Source: Macrostomum lignano (Eukaryota). From it: 64,000 bases of DNA. A model generated the notes under the pieces. That model saw nothing but the letters and a program-made list of their open reading frames with translations, was not told the origin of the DNA and made no database searches. Positions 48,780 to 62,559 of this stretch are shown piece by piece (the stretch's first letter is position 1; each line of letters opens with the position of its first letter). The position numbers and the translations under genes are program-made. The DNA lies in contig NIVC01000144.1 of NCBI GenBank assembly GCA_002269645.1, forward strand, positions 1 through 64,000, in the 5' to 3' direction.

Positions 48780-50060
48780 GGGTGAGTATCAGGTGAGGAT
48801 TAGGGTGAGGATTAAGTGAAGATTAGGTGAGGATTAAGGTGATGATTAGGTGAGGATTAGAGTGAGGATTAGGTAAAGATTAGTTGAGGATTAAAGTGAG
48901 AATTAGGTGAGGATTAAGTGAGGATTAGGTGAGGATTAAGGTGAGGATTAGGGTGAGGATTAAGTGAGGATTAGGTGAGGATTAAGGTGAGGATTAGGGT
49001 GAGGATTAAGTGAAGATTAGGTGAGGATTAAGGTGATGATTAGGTGAGGATTAGAGTGAGGATTAGGTAAAGATTAGGTGAGGATTAAAGTGAGGATTAG
49101 GTGAGGATTAAGTGAGGATTAGGTGAGGATTAAGGTGAGGATTAGGGTAAGGATTAATTGAGGATTAGGTGAGGATTAGGTGAGGATTAAGGTGAGGATT
49201 AGGTGAGGATTAGGTGAGGATTAGGTGAGGATTAAGATGAGGATTAGGTGAGGATTAGAGTGAGGATTATGTAAAGATTAGGTGAGGATTAGGTGAGGAT
49301 TAGGTAAGGATTAAGTGAGGATTAGGTAAAGATTAGGTGAGGATTAGGTGAGGATTAGGTGAGGATTAGAGTGAGGATTAGGTAAAGATTAGGTGAGGAT
49401 TAGGTAAAGATTAGGTGAGGATTAAGGTGAGGATTAGGTGAGGATTAGGTGAGGATTAGGTGAGGATTAAGGTGAGGATTAGGTGAGGATTAGGTGAGGA
49501 TTAGAGTGAGGATTATGTAAAGATTAGGTGAGGATTAGGTGAGGATTAGGTAAGGATTAAGTGAGGATTAGGTAAAGATTAGGTGAGGATTAGGTGAGGA
49601 TTAGGTGAGGATTAGAGTGAGGATTAGGTAAAGATTAGGTGAGGATTAAGGTGAGGATTAGGTGAGGATTAGGTGAGGATTAGGTGAGGATTAAGGTGAG
49701 GATTAGGTGAGGATTAGGTGAGGATTAATGTGAGGATTAGGGTAAGGATTAGGTGAGGATTAAGATGAGGATTAGGTGAGGATTAGAGTGAGGATTAGGT
49801 AAAGATTAGGTGAGGATTAGGTGAGGATTAGGTGAGGATTAGAGTGAGGATTAGGTAAAGATTAGGTGAGGATTAGGTGAGGATTAGGTGAGGATTAAGA
49901 TGAGGATTAGGTGAGGATTAGAGTGAGGATTAGGTAAAGATTAGGTGAGGATTAGGGTGAGGATTAGGGTGTGGATTAGGGTGAGGATTAGGGTGAGGAT
50001 TAGAGAGGGGATTAGGTGAGGATTAGGGTGAAGATTAGAGAGGGGATTAGGTGAAAACTA
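48780..50060. repeat. 11-12-bp G-rich satellite (TTAGGTGAGGA)
   Basis: Tandem periodicity. Confidence 0.97.
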
Positions 50061-50324
50061 GGTGAGCTTTAAATTGCTGATTGATTTTTAATGCTGCCAC
50101 TCGCACAATCAGCTCAGGACTTGAGTAAAGCTAAAAGCTTAGAGATAGTTCTCCCTCTTTATTAACAGTTTCAAAAGTTTTGTCTGTGGCACTAATTGAA
50201 CCCTAATGCGGTTAAAAAGCTGCTGCATAATTTGAGAGGAATGTTAGTTGCTCTGTCAGTCAACAGTTGCTAACCGCTGTCTCAATTGCTTGTAGGAATC
50301 TCAGGTCATCTCGAAGCGACACTA

Positions 50325-53300
50325 ATGGCGTCCTCTCATGTAAGCCGGTAGTTCTTTAGTATTAAAACTGTTATAGTTTCATTCTCATGCTATGACGATT
50401 CCCTCATAACCCCGTATCCTCTGCAGCCGAAATCCCTAATGACGGTGCAAGTTGGTCAAGCTGGGATACAAATTGGACATGCGGTGTGGGAGCTGTTCTG
50501 TCTGGAGCACAACATATCGGCAGATGGCACCCCGAAACTGCACTGTGGCGATCTCGGCAATGTGGAATCAGTGTTTGTGCCCACACCGAAGGGGCGCTAC
50601 TTTCCCAGGAGCCTGTTTGTGGACACAGACCCCGCTTGCGTTGGTGAGAGGAGATGGGGTCTCAGGGTGAGAGTAGATAGGGTCTGAGGGTGATGATAGT
50701 AGATAGGGTCTGAGGGTGAGAGTAGATAGGGTCTGAGGGTGAGAGTAGATAGGGTCTGAGGGTGAGAGTAGATAGGGTCTGAGGGTGAGAGTAGATAGGG
50801 TCTGAGGGTGAGAGTAGATAGGGTCTGAGCGTGAGAGTAGATAGGGTCTGAGGGTGAGAGTAGATAAGGTCTGAGGGTGAGAGTAGATAGGGTCTGAGGG
50901 TGAGAGTAGATAGGGTCTGAGGGTGAGAGTAGATAAGGTCTGAGCGTGAGAGTAGATAGGTCTGAGGGTGAGAGTAGATACTAGATAGGGTCTGAGGGTG
51001 AGTAGATAGGGTCTGAGGGTGAGAGTAGATAGGGTCTGAGGATGAGAGTAGATAGGGTCTGAGGGTGAGAGTACAATGGTTGAGTCCCTGGTAAGAGAAA
51101 TAGGCTAAACGGTTCTCCGTAAATCATGAAGCAGGTAAATCCCAGCCAGGAAGTTCATAGCAAACTTTAATCGCAAAAAGTTCACCCGCCCTGAAACCGC
51201 CACCAGACGAGATGCGCTCAGGACCCTACAAGCAGCTGTTCAGCTCCCGGCAGCTGCTCTCAGACCAGGTGGACGCGGCCAGCAACTACACAACTGGTCG
51301 CTATGGTTACGCCAAGCGGCTGGTGCCGGACACGCTCGAACGACTGCGCTGGATGACTGAGAAGGCGGACTCGAAGCCGACGCTCTGTCTGGTGCACAGC
51401 GCCTGCGGCGGCACCGGCAGCGGCTTCGCCGTGGCCTGCCTCGCCAGGATGGCCGACGAACTGGGCATCGAGCCGCAGAACATCATCGATCTGTGCGTTG
51501 TGCCCGGCGTCTCCGCTGGCCAGAGCTCCTGCGAGCTGCTCAACACCGCCCTGTACCTGGACGAGTCGCAGGATCTGACCAGGCAGACCGTCTGCGTCTC
51601 CAACTCGGCGATGTTCCGCCTGTGCAACTCGCAGCTGCAGTCGCAGGGGGCGGCCACCTTCGCACACGCCAACCGCGCCCTGGCAGCCGCCTTCAGCAAC
51701 CTCACCGCCACGGAGCGCCTGCCCGGCTCCAGCGTCGGCCTGTCCGGCATCCTGGACAGCCTGCTGCCGTTCCGTCACCTGCGCTACACCCTGCTGGCCT
51801 GCGCTCCTTTCCTCACCGCCGAGAGCGCCAGGACGGAGCGTCCAACCGCCAAGTCCGCCACCGCGGCCGTGTTGGAGCTGTCCAGCCAGTTCCTCGACGT
51901 TGACCTCCGTCAGGGTCGCCACGCTGCCGGCTTCCTGTTGTACCGCGGCGACGCCAGTCTGGGCGAGGCGCAGAAGCTGGCGGCGGAGCTGACTTCCCGA
52001 GGCCGAGTGCAGTTCCAGGACTGGGCGCCTACCGGCTTCCGCACCGGCGTTGTGACGCCTCCGCCAGTTGCTCCGCCTGGCAGCGGCTTCGCAGACGTCC
52101 CGATTTCCGCGACGCTGCTTGCCAGCCACTCTGGCATCTCCGACATCTTCGCCAAGCTGGCCGCGAGTTCTAGGAAGCTGCAAGACCGCGACATGTTCGT
52201 GCACAACTACGAGGGCGCGATTGTGTCTCTGCTGAACAAAACGGTGGAGGGGAGCAACGCGGGGATGAATTTAGGGGCAGGCGGACCGGGGACCAACACG
52301 GACTCGGACTCGCAGAAACCGACCAGCCTGGATTCGGCTTCGGCCGATAACAACAGCGTGCGAATGTGGATGAACCCGCCGGCGGCTCAGGCTGCGCTGG
52401 CTTCGGGCGGTGGTCGTGGTGAGCTGCAGAACTACCGGCGCAGGCGACTGACGTCCAGAGAGCCCGGAAGCCACGCCACCCAGAAGCCGCAGCAGCAGCA
52501 GCAAGAACAGCAGCAAGACGAGGAGGAGCCTCAGGTGTCGCGTACCTGCGCACTAAGCGACGTCTTCGGCGTTCGAGTCCGCCTATCATCGGCCATCGAC
52601 TACCTGCAGCGTGTGTCGATCAGCTACGCCGCCGACAGTCAAACCGACGCAGGTGACGCCGCCGATGTCGATGCTGCCGCAGTTGGCGACGACAATGACG
52701 TCATCGAGGCGACTAACGGCGAGGAGGACGGCAAGGAGGACGAGGAGGAGACGGAGGGCGCCGACGAGAAGGATGGAGAGGAGGGCGAGCAGCGAGTGGA
52801 TAACAAGCTGCACGTGACCATCAATGATGTCGGCGGGATCGGCAGAGATCTGGAAAATGTCGACTCCAATCGGTAAGAGGTCGTGGGCACCCCATGGCGC
52901 AATGCCTTTCGGCGAAATCGGTCCCGCAACCACCTCTGAGGCCAGATGCATTTACATGTAGCTTCTTACTCTGATACAAAAACACAGGTCCGTTAGCGGC
53001 CAGTCTGCCCAGTCTGACTCAAAGCAACAACAGCAACAAGCGGACGGGAACTCAGTCAGCGCAGAAGAGGAGCCGCAGGTTGAACCATCTCAGCAAAGCG
53101 AGCAGGCGGATCTCTCAGCCAGCAAAGACCCCAACGATCCTCCGGCGAACAACGCCAACCAGCAGGGCGAGTTGCCTGTCCCAAGCAGTCGTTGGTGTCT
53201 CCGACGTCGCAGCAAGTCTCGCCGACCAGGCGAAGCCGCCGCCACCGCCGCCGCTGCCGCCGCCGCTGCAGCAGCCGCAGGAAAACACCCCGCAATCGCT

Positions 53301-53351
53301 GAAGCCGAGAAAATTCTGATGAAGTACCAACGAAGTCTGGGCGGCCAATGA
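50325..53351 (+). CDS. Highly divergent alpha-tubulin-like protein; exons 50325-50339 (tentative), 50427-50643, 51207-52872, 52988-53351 (last exon tentative; unspliced stop at 52876)
   Basis: TVQVGQAGIQIGHAVWELFCLEH; DEMRSGPYKQLF; HSACGGTGSG; LLYRGD; VQFQDWAPTGF; MFVHNY. The TAA at 52874-52876 lies inside the donor CG|GTAAGA, and the downstream exon is open in phase. Confidence 0.85.
50670..51075. repeat. 23-bp minisatellite (GAGAGTAGATAGGGTCTGAGGGT) in the tubulin-like intron
   Basis: Tandem periodicity. Confidence 0.95.
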
Positions 53352-53629
53352 CGCGATCACGTCGTGTTGGCGTTTTAAACTAACGAATTGTTAATTTCTG
53401 GTCAAAAAAATTAATGCAAAAACTAATATGACTTTTGTCTAATGGTTTTTAGTTTCGCCCAGACTGACCGAACGCAGCTATATTGCGCTGCCAACAAAGA
53501 AAATATATGAACAGCTGATACATTTCTTTGAAAGCGTTTGAGAATTTGAAATAGTTTAAGTTTGTTGCTTTAGAAATTTGCCGCATTCTTCGCCGTTCAA
53601 GTTATCATCTCCACTGATCCCACTGCATC

Positions 53630-54330
53630 TCTGCCCACCTCACCCTATATCTGCTCACATCACTTGACCTCTGCTCACCTCATCTCACCTCTGCTCACCT
53701 CACCTCACCTCTGCCCACCTCACTTCATATCTGCTCACCTCACTTCACATCTGCTCACCTCACTTCACATCTGCTCACCTCACTTCACCTCTGCTCACCT
53801 CACTTCACATCTGCTCACCTCACTTCACATCTGCTCACCTCACTTCACATCTGCTCACCTCACTTCACATCTGCTCACCTCACCTCACCTCTGCCCACCT
53901 CACTTCATATCTGCTCACCTCACTTCATATCTGCTCACCTCACTTCACATCTGCTCACCTCACTTCACATCTGCTCACCTCACTTCACATCTGCTCACCT
54001 CACCTCACCTCTGCTCACCTCACCTCTGCTCACCTCATCTCACCTCTGCTCACCTCACCTCATATCTGCTCACCTCACTTCACATCTGCTCACCTCACCT
54101 CACCTCACCTCATCTCACTTCACATCTGCTCACCTCACTTCACAGCTGCTCACCTCACCTCACCTCACCTCATCTCACCTCTTCTCACCTCACTTCACCT
54201 CTGCTCACCTCACCTCACCTCTTCTCACCTCACCTCTTCTAACCTCACCTCACATCTTCCCACCTCACTTCAGACTTGCTCACCTTGCCTCTCTACTCGC
54301 ATCTACTAACCTCGCTTCACATCTTTACTC
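53630..54330. repeat. CTCAC-based low-complexity repeat
   Basis: Tandem CACCT/CACTT/CTGCT units. Confidence 0.92.
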
Positions 54331-54919
54331 ACATCTCTACTCTGTGCTCATCTCACATAGTCTCTATTTTATCTTACTATTTATCTCACTATTTATCTCC
54401 CTGACAGGGTTGCAGCTCATTAAACCAAGTTAACCATATCCAAGTTAGAAGTTTAACAATGCTCTTAATTAACGATAACTCATAAGAAACCAAATATATA
54501 AAGTTTATATTTATATTTTTATTCAGCTCTCGTCAATAAATAAAAACAACGAAAAAAGGAAACACGAAAAATCTACGTTAAAAAGTTAATTGAACAGGTA
54601 TTTAAGAGGGAACAAGTTTGAGGGCATACACAGTTTAAAATAGCTATATAATAAATTTGGAGGCCCTGAAAAGTTTAATTAGTTCAAAATGTACTTTAAT
54701 TTAGTTTTAAACATTTTATTATTTGAAGCATGCCGCATCAGGAGCTGCGTCGATCTCATTTCGAAAAGCAAACAGAGGCAAAGGAAAAAAGACAGTGAGC
54801 AAACGAAATGTGTCATCATTATTCAAACGGGAACCAACGATTGAATGCAGAGAAAACAAGCTGCATCTTGCATTTGTGACCGAATTGGGGCTGCTTAAGT
54901 TTAATCGAGCTTAACCGGG

Positions 54920-55250
54920 AGCCAATGTACACTGAGGGGTGGTGGGGCAGGGGTTGAGTGAGGGCCAGTGTACACTGAGTGGTGGTGGGGCAGGGGTCGA
55001 GAGAGACCCAGTGTACACTGAGGAGTGGATGGGCAGGGGTTGAGAGAGAGCCAGTGTACACTGAGGAGTGGATGGGCAGGGGTTGAGAGAGAGCCAGTGT
55101 ACACTGAGGAGTGGATGGACAGGGGTTGAGAGAGAGCCAGTGTACACTGAGGGGTGGATGGGCAGGGGTTGAGAGAGAGCCAGTGTGCACTGAGGGGTGG
55201 TAGGGCAGGGGTTGAGAGGGAAAGAGAGCCAGTGTAAACTTGAGGGATTG
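54920..55250. repeat. ~43-bp minisatellite (GCCAGTGTACACTGAGGAGTGGATGGGCAGGGGTTGAGAGAGA)
   Basis: Tandem periodicity, ~7 copies. Confidence 0.92.
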
Positions 55251-55744
55251 GTGGGACAAGGGCTGACGGAGAGCAAGATTGCATAAATTATTCGCTAAAC
55301 TTAACTGACTAAACCACAACAGAGAGAATTGATAAGTCAGAGCAATAAAGCCAAACGTCTCTCAATCAATAACTTGCAACACCTTTAAAGTGTCAGAAGG
55401 CGCAGAAAAGTTAAAGAACAAATAATAAAGTCATTGGTTATTTACTGTAATTAGCGCGCTTACAGAAAAATATTCAATAATAACTTTAGAGAAAAAAGAA
55501 CCTTGGAGAGAAATCGCAGATGTCAAGAGGATTAAGGTTAGGTTGATTTTTACTCGATTAATTCTATATTTTACAAGAAACAGTGCAATAACATGTTGAT
55601 ATTAGGGGCAACGCAGACAAAGCACAGAACATAGAGACGTCATAATAATAGCCCGCGGTTTCTCAGATTAGAATGAAAAATACAATTCTGTCATACGCTT
55701 TGCAGAAGGTATATTTGAATACAAGCTTCCAGTGAGGCTCTGGC

Positions 55745-58700
55745 TCAGTGCTTGTCCTCTCTGATTGTGTCCAGTTGTCTGGACGAGCCAGGAGCTGTAG
55801 GTGGCTGCTGATTGCTTTGCTCGGCAGCCGCATCAGAGGACTTCTCACCGTCTGCGGCTGCCGACTCAACTGCGGCTGCTCGTTCGGCTTCTTCTGGAGA
55901 GTGGCAAGCAGTAAGTAGTATTGAAAAGTAGTAAAAACGCTAATACCGGCAGAATGAGGTGTTGGAAATGAGGTCAAGAGCAATTAGGCAGTGATTTTTT
56001 TATTTAAACGGTATTTTTAAGCTTACTAATATTAAATATACCATAAAATTGGATCACGATTGTTATTATTAGGTAATTACCGACTTTCCGGAAAATCTAA
56101 CTCTCAGATATTACGGTATAATTAACAGAATTGATATTTAATAAAAATTGATATTTTAGTTGCATTATTGACTATATTGACTACTGTTATAATTTCGCAA
56201 AGGGTCACTAAAATAACAAATTAAAATATTCATCGAACCTGTCGGTATAGTAGTACGTAAACTAAACTAAAATTTTATTTAGGCAAAATTTTTTTTGTTT
56301 TGTAAAGTGAAGAATTTGCTGAGTAACTTGATAAAATTATATTAGCTGGGTAACTGAATTGATAATTATTAGCAATTCAATATTTATTTTATGCATAATT
56401 TAAATATCAACTAAATAAGCATTAACTCACCGATATCAGCTTTCTCTTTCCACAGGGCCCGATTCGTCTTCAGGTGCTCGTTCCAGGGCCTGTGCAGAAC
56501 AAAGGCTCCTTCGGCTGTGGGTTTTAAATTATCGGAAGGAAAATCTATTGTAGTCAAATAAAACAATTTTTTGATGCAAAACTTTCAGGTAATAAAACAC
56601 GTGCTTAAAAGTTTCAAACAACAAATCAATAACTTCTTTAGACCTCTTCACTTGCAACCATTACAACGAAAAAACATAAAGCGCCGTAAATTACTGGTGC
56701 AGAGTAAAACAAAAAATACTTCAATACTCCAACGCGTGTGCCAATTAACACTCCTCAGTCGTCTTTTCTTTGCATTTACCTTGCCACTTTCTAAGTGGTT
56801 TTGCTGCGTTAGCGGCTAAATTGTGAGGAGAGATGGGGCGAGTTTATATAGAAATTTTTATAAACTGATTAAGTCAATTAACTACAATATTTTTATACAA
56901 TTTCAGTTGAAATATTAAAAGAGAAATACCTAAATAAGTACGGAATATACACGTAGCTTTCTTTAGTTAAATCGAGTTAAAGTTCAAGTTAAATTAAGCA
57001 CAAAATAAGACTTAAGACAGCTTAGAGTAAAAAAAACAGGGCACTTGAGAGGGTAGACGCTTGAGACGACGAGCAAAATTGCGGCAGTGCGATGGCATGG
57101 GTAGTTCCACCGACCAATTAGATTCAAGCTAGGGTTAGGGAGTCCGATGGGTAGTTCCACCGACCAATTAGATTCAAGCTAGGGTTAGGGAGTCCGATGG
57201 GTAGTTCCACCGACCAAATTAGATTCAAGCTAGGGTTAGGGAGTCCGATGGGTAGTTCCACCGACCAATTAGATTCAAGCTAGGGTTAGGGAGTCCGATG
57301 GGTAGTTCCACCGACCAAATTAGATTCAAGCTAGGGTTAGGGAGTCCGATGGGTAGTTCCACCGACCAATTAGATTCAAGCTAGGGTTAGGGAGTCCGAT
57401 GGGTAGTTCCACCGACCAAATTAGATTCAAGCTAGGGTTAGGGAGTCCGATGGGTAGTTCCACCGACCAAATTAGATTCAAGCTAGGGTTAGGGAGTCCG
57501 ATGGGTAGTTCCACCGACCAAATTAGATTCAAGCTAGGGTTAGGGAGTCCGATGGGTAGTTCCACCGACCAATTAGATTCAAGCTAGGGTTAGGGAGCCC
57601 GATGGGTAGTTCCACCGACCAAAAGATTCAAGCTAGGGTTAGGGAGTCCGATGGGTAGTTCCACCGACCAAATTAGATTCAAGCTAGGGTTAGGGAGTCC
57701 GATGAGTAGTTCCACCGACCAATGAACTTCAAGCTACATGTAGGGTTAGGAACGGACATGAGTAGTTCCATTTTTCAAGCCATTAGAATTAGAGCTTGGA
57801 TAAATTAGATGGTTAGCATTGTCAACAAATTAGATTAACGGGCAAGATTTTTGTTGCATTTATAACACGCTGAATAACTCAGTCGAATCATCCTCATTAC
57901 CGGAACTCCACATGCCAACTGAAATCAAGTGGCAGAAAAATCCCCATTTGTCACAAGTCACAAAAATGGAAACTATTATGAATGGCAGCGTGGATCTCCA
58001 ATCTTACCTCCGCCCTCATCGACCGGGTTTCGATTCCCGTGCTGTCTCTGCTGTTCGAATAGCGGCATCAGAATCTTTTCGAGCATGTCGCCGAGAACTC
58101 CAAAGCTGGGCTCCATGATGAAGTCGATGAAACCTGAATCGGATTAGTTAACATGCCAGAGTATGCGCGCATGATCGGAGGGCGTGTTACGTGCCATAGG
58201 TAATAAATGTGTATTCCTGAAAACTTACCAACTTGTGACTGTGCCACCATGGTGGTGCTCCGGTCGCACAGCGGGGAGCACGGCAGGTCCAGCGCCTTCT
58301 CTCGGTCCCCCTGAGTTCATGGCATTGATGAATGAAATGATTATAAGATCATTGATAAATTTTCAAGATTGATGAATCGATAACATTGATGGATTAATAA
58401 GATTGATGAAATATTAATGGATTGATAATAAGATTGGTAAGATTGATATAGTGATAAGATTGATGAAATCGATAGATTGATAGATTGATAAGATTGATGA
58501 AATTGATGGATTAATAAGCTTGATAAAATTAATGGATTGATAAAATTGATAAATTGATAAGGCTGATAATATTAGCAAGATTGATAAGTGATTCATCGAT
58601 TAAAATTGCAGCTTATAAGACTCTTCGATCGATAAGATAGATTGATTGACAAGAGAATTGGTTAATCAGACGATCACAAACCTGTCTGAAAAACTCCTCC

Positions 58701-61700
58701 AGCAGCGACATGGTCCATCTTTGGTGCAGGTCGAACCGCTTTCCGGGATGACTAATGTCGGCGCAGTGCAGCATGAGGGCCAGCGCCTTCTCCTTGTCGA
58801 TGCTGACATTGTGTTAGTGAGAGGGAGGGATATATAGGGAGATTGAGATTCTGCCACACAATATTCATTCACTCATTTTGATTGAGCAACATAGAATCAA
58901 ACAAACTTTCCTTTCTATTTTAATTCACGAAAGTTTACACTACTAACTAGCTAGAAGAGTAGTATAGAGCATGATAGTGGCTATTCGTACGGTTAGTCTT
59001 TGAAACCAGAAATTCAGATTAAAACTATTTTTGAATGTTAAAAATATTTTGCAAAACTAGGAAAATTTTGGCGTGAAAAACTATAACTTTTAGACTTAAA
59101 AAATTTCGACAAAAGTTTGTTTTAACCCAACCGTTTTTAAACTAAAGCAATGAAGCTGGGACCACTTAAACGAATAACCGCTATGAGAAAGCATCTTTCA
59201 AAAAAGTTTTTGCGATGTTTTGATAAAACAAAAACTATTTTGCACTTATTGCAATTAATTTGATTAAAAAAATGAGATTTTATCATTGTTTTGCACTAAA
59301 TACTAATTGTTAGTCGAAGTAGTAGTAAATTACATTTCAAGTTGATTAGTACAAAAAAAGTATACACTCAAAATTCGGATGTAAAATGTAACGAGAAAAA
59401 AGTGAAAGAATGAGGCTAGACTAACTTTTCTACTATAATAAAATAGAAAAGACCCAGAGTGTGCTAGTAGGCCCTCAATAAATTAGTAGGATTGATCAGG
59501 CTGAGAAGACATAGAAAATAATTTACAAGAGTGCAACTAATTTACAGGCTATCTATTAGAGTTTTTATTCATTGAAATTCTAAAATTTAGTTTACTAATA
59601 TTTTTTTATTTAATGCATTACTTTGTATATCGATATAAAAAATTCATTTTTTTGTTATTTATGATTTCTAATTTGCAATTCTTTTTTTCAAACGAATTCT
59701 GTTTAACAGTATATTAAAGTGAAATTTTGTAAGTGCACAAACGAAAACAAATTAAAATCGAGCAGCCAATTGATTACTAATGATTAGTTGTACAATATTA
59801 GTTAGTGCCATGAGTGTGTAAATTATGATTAATCTATTATAACAAAGCTATAAAAAATTTCTCAGCTTGCCCGCAAGGGAAGGCGGTGAGAACTGTTCGC
59901 CTGGGTCTTGACTCATTGCTGCCATTGCCGAAAAACAGCCACTCTTGGTCTGGCGCCCTAAATTTGTTATAACGAAAAAACGTAGTAATCCGGAAAATTT
60001 ATTGGCATGCAAACCCCAATCCACGCAAAATTTAAAAACGTGCAAATCCAATGCATAACCGCCATTAGTTTAAGCAAAATCATTTCAGAGCGGTACTTTT
60101 AAAAATAAAACTTGCATTTCAAACAAGCTGTTAGCAATTTTTTTGGTTTAAATATACGTGTATAATACTGTATATATATAGTGTTTATACGTACAAACAA
60201 ATGTGCTAGAAATGTTCTGTTCATCTAACAGTGAAAAATGGAGTGCATTCGGCTAGCGTATATTGTCAGTCATAGTTAGTGGTTCCAATTGGAACAGTCC
60301 ATGCCGTCGACTAAAAATCAAGACTCTCTCGTAAAAACAACTGGTTAAAATGTAATTTTTGTCGATCGATTTAAAACCCGCGTAATTTTTTTCTGTATAA
60401 AATATTTATGAATTTAAATAACTGATTATATAAGCTCACATTATACTTCTTGCACAAAATGATACAATACGACTTAGGGGTCAGGAAAGTCACTAGAGAG
60501 GCAGATGAGTAACCTGAGAGTCTGATGAGTCACTGGAGGGTCAAATGACTAACAGATGAGTCAGCTGCATTTTAAGGGTCAGAAAAGTCATTTGAGGATG
60601 AGAATTAATTGACTTGAATGTTTTGCTCATTACTGCATAAAATAACAAAACTCTCTCCGATATGCGCTCGTATACTCGTTTCCAGAAAATGCGGATAAAA
60701 CCGTAACGGAAACATAAAAACCATGCATTTAGTCAGCAATAAACAACAAAACAGCTTGGAGCAATCTTATTCAGACCGTGTTGCGTTGCAGTTGAAGCCT
60801 GGCGCAGAGTGATCAGCTGGTGATGATTCTGGCTGCTGCTGATGAAGCCTTGAGTATTCAGTAATAATCTGACACTTTACAAACTTTACACTATGCACTT
60901 TATTATTGATAAAGTTATCGCTGAAAATACTATCAACAGTAATCAAGCAGGCTTAATTCAGTGGGAACAATCTAAACGGATATCTTTCTCATGCCAGAGG
61001 AAAATATCATTTTGAAAATAAACTTAATATCTTAAAAATAAAATATTACAATAAATTTAATTTACTCACTTTTCCGGCATGCTGAGCAGCTGTTTCATGT
61101 TCTTGATCTGCTGGAAGTGCAGGCTCATGTCAGTGTTCAGCACCATGTCAATGATGAGGGCGCGGAACTCCCTGCGTGCCAAGAGTGAAGACAAGATTTG
61201 TCTGAGATGTTCTGGGATGTTAGACAGAACCCTGATCTGTTAGACAGAACCCTGATCTGTAAGACAGAACCCTGATCTGTTAGACAGAACCCTGATCTGT
61301 TAGACAGAACCCTGATCTGTAAGACAGAACCCTGATCTGTTAGACAGAACCCTGATCTGTAAGACAGAACCCTGATCTGTTAGACAGAACCCTGATCTGT
61401 TAGACAGAACCCTGATCTGTTAGACAGAACCCTGATCTGTTAGACAGAACCCTGATCTGTTAGACAGAACCCTGATCTGTAAGACAGAACCCTGATCTGT
61501 TAGACAGAACCCTGATCTGTAAGACAGAACCCTGATCTGTTAGACAGAACCCTGATCTGTAAGACAGAACCCTGATCTGTTAGACAGAACCCTGATCTGT
61601 TAGACAGAACCCTGATCTGTTAGACAGAACCCTGATCTGTAAGACAGAACCCTGATCTGTTAGACAGAACCCTGATCTGTTAGACAGAACCCTGATCTGT

Positions 61701-62194
61701 TAGACAGAACCCTGATCTGTTAGACAGAACCCTGATCTGTTAGACAGAACCCTGATCTGTAAGACAGAACCCTGATCTGTTAGACAGAACCCTGATCTGT
61801 TAGACAGAACCCTGATCTGTTAGACAGAACCCTGATCTGTTAGACAGAACCCTGATCTGTTAGACAGAACCCTGATCTGTTAGACAGAACAGTATACTGT
61901 TAGACAAGATCCCTAATCCGTCAAACTGTAAGTAGATGAAGCTCAAGCCTTCCAAGCAGCCTCTCACTTGTACTCCTCTCTAGACAGGCCGCTGATGATG
62001 TTGAACTCGTCCAGCTTCATGAGCCTGAAGACGGCGCTGGCGTGGTGATTCTCCAGCACGCCTTTGTCATTGTACAGCAGGGCGAGCTCTGAGGCGGTGT
62101 TCACGTGAAAGTTATTGGTGGTTCCCGTGTGCTCGTAGTCGTGAATGATGGCGGCAAAAATGGTAGCGAAGATCTCCAGGTCTGTCAGCCAGTT
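55745..62194 (-). CDS. PDE1: Ca2+/calmodulin-dependent phosphodiesterase (PDE1-like), 3' part; exons 62194-61968, 61171-61070, 58802-58682, 58310-58229, 58133-58008, 56514-56431, 55893-55745; upstream exons lie beyond the window
   Basis: AAIIHDYEHTGTTNNFH; YNDKGVLENHH; TDMSLHF; LHCADISHP; EEFFRQGD; SPLCDR; QSQVGFIDFI. All introns are GT-AG with consistent phases. Confidence 0.9.
57095..57745. repeat. 50/51-bp minisatellite containing CTAGGGTTAGGG, ~12 copies, in a PDE1 intron
   Basis: Unit ATGGGTAGTTCCACCGACCAA(A)TTAGATTCAAGCTAGGGTTAGGGAGTCCG. Confidence 0.96.
61215..61895. repeat. 20-bp minisatellite (GTTAGACAGAACCCTGATCT), ~33 copies, in a PDE1 intron
   Basis: Tandem periodicity with GTT/GTA variants. 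Confidence 0.98.
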
Positions 62195-62559
62195 CTGTTG
62201 GATCAAAGTGAGTTATTTGGTATAGTTGATGTCAGATTTTCTGTTTACAACGCCTCAATAATATAAACCCCCTATGTTTATAGGTTTTTTAGCTCATAAA
62301 TAAATGTGACAAGCTGGTTATCAAACTGATCACAAGGACAAAAAGTTTTCTGCTAAAGATGTTAAACAATAGGTCAATCTGAATGATTTCTTTGTCAAAT
62401 GGATTTAAGACTGCTGTCCTGATGGTTGAACAAATTTTCAAATTTTAACAATCAATTATTGTTGGTATAGACTAACGAACGAGAATTTGACAAAAGAGAT
62501 GAAAGGGGATGACAAGAAATTAGAGTAGATGGCTGTAGATGAGAGGAAAGATCAGAAGG

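Noticed and set aside
58025-58045. B-box-like GGGTTTCGATTCCC suggesting a tRNA or SINE
   Set aside because: It falls inside a PDE1 coding exon on the minus strand and has no cloverleaf
57095-61895. Regular arrays as possible CRISPR loci
   Set aside because: Units are head-to-tail with no unique spacers, lie in eukaryotic introns, and no cas genes are present
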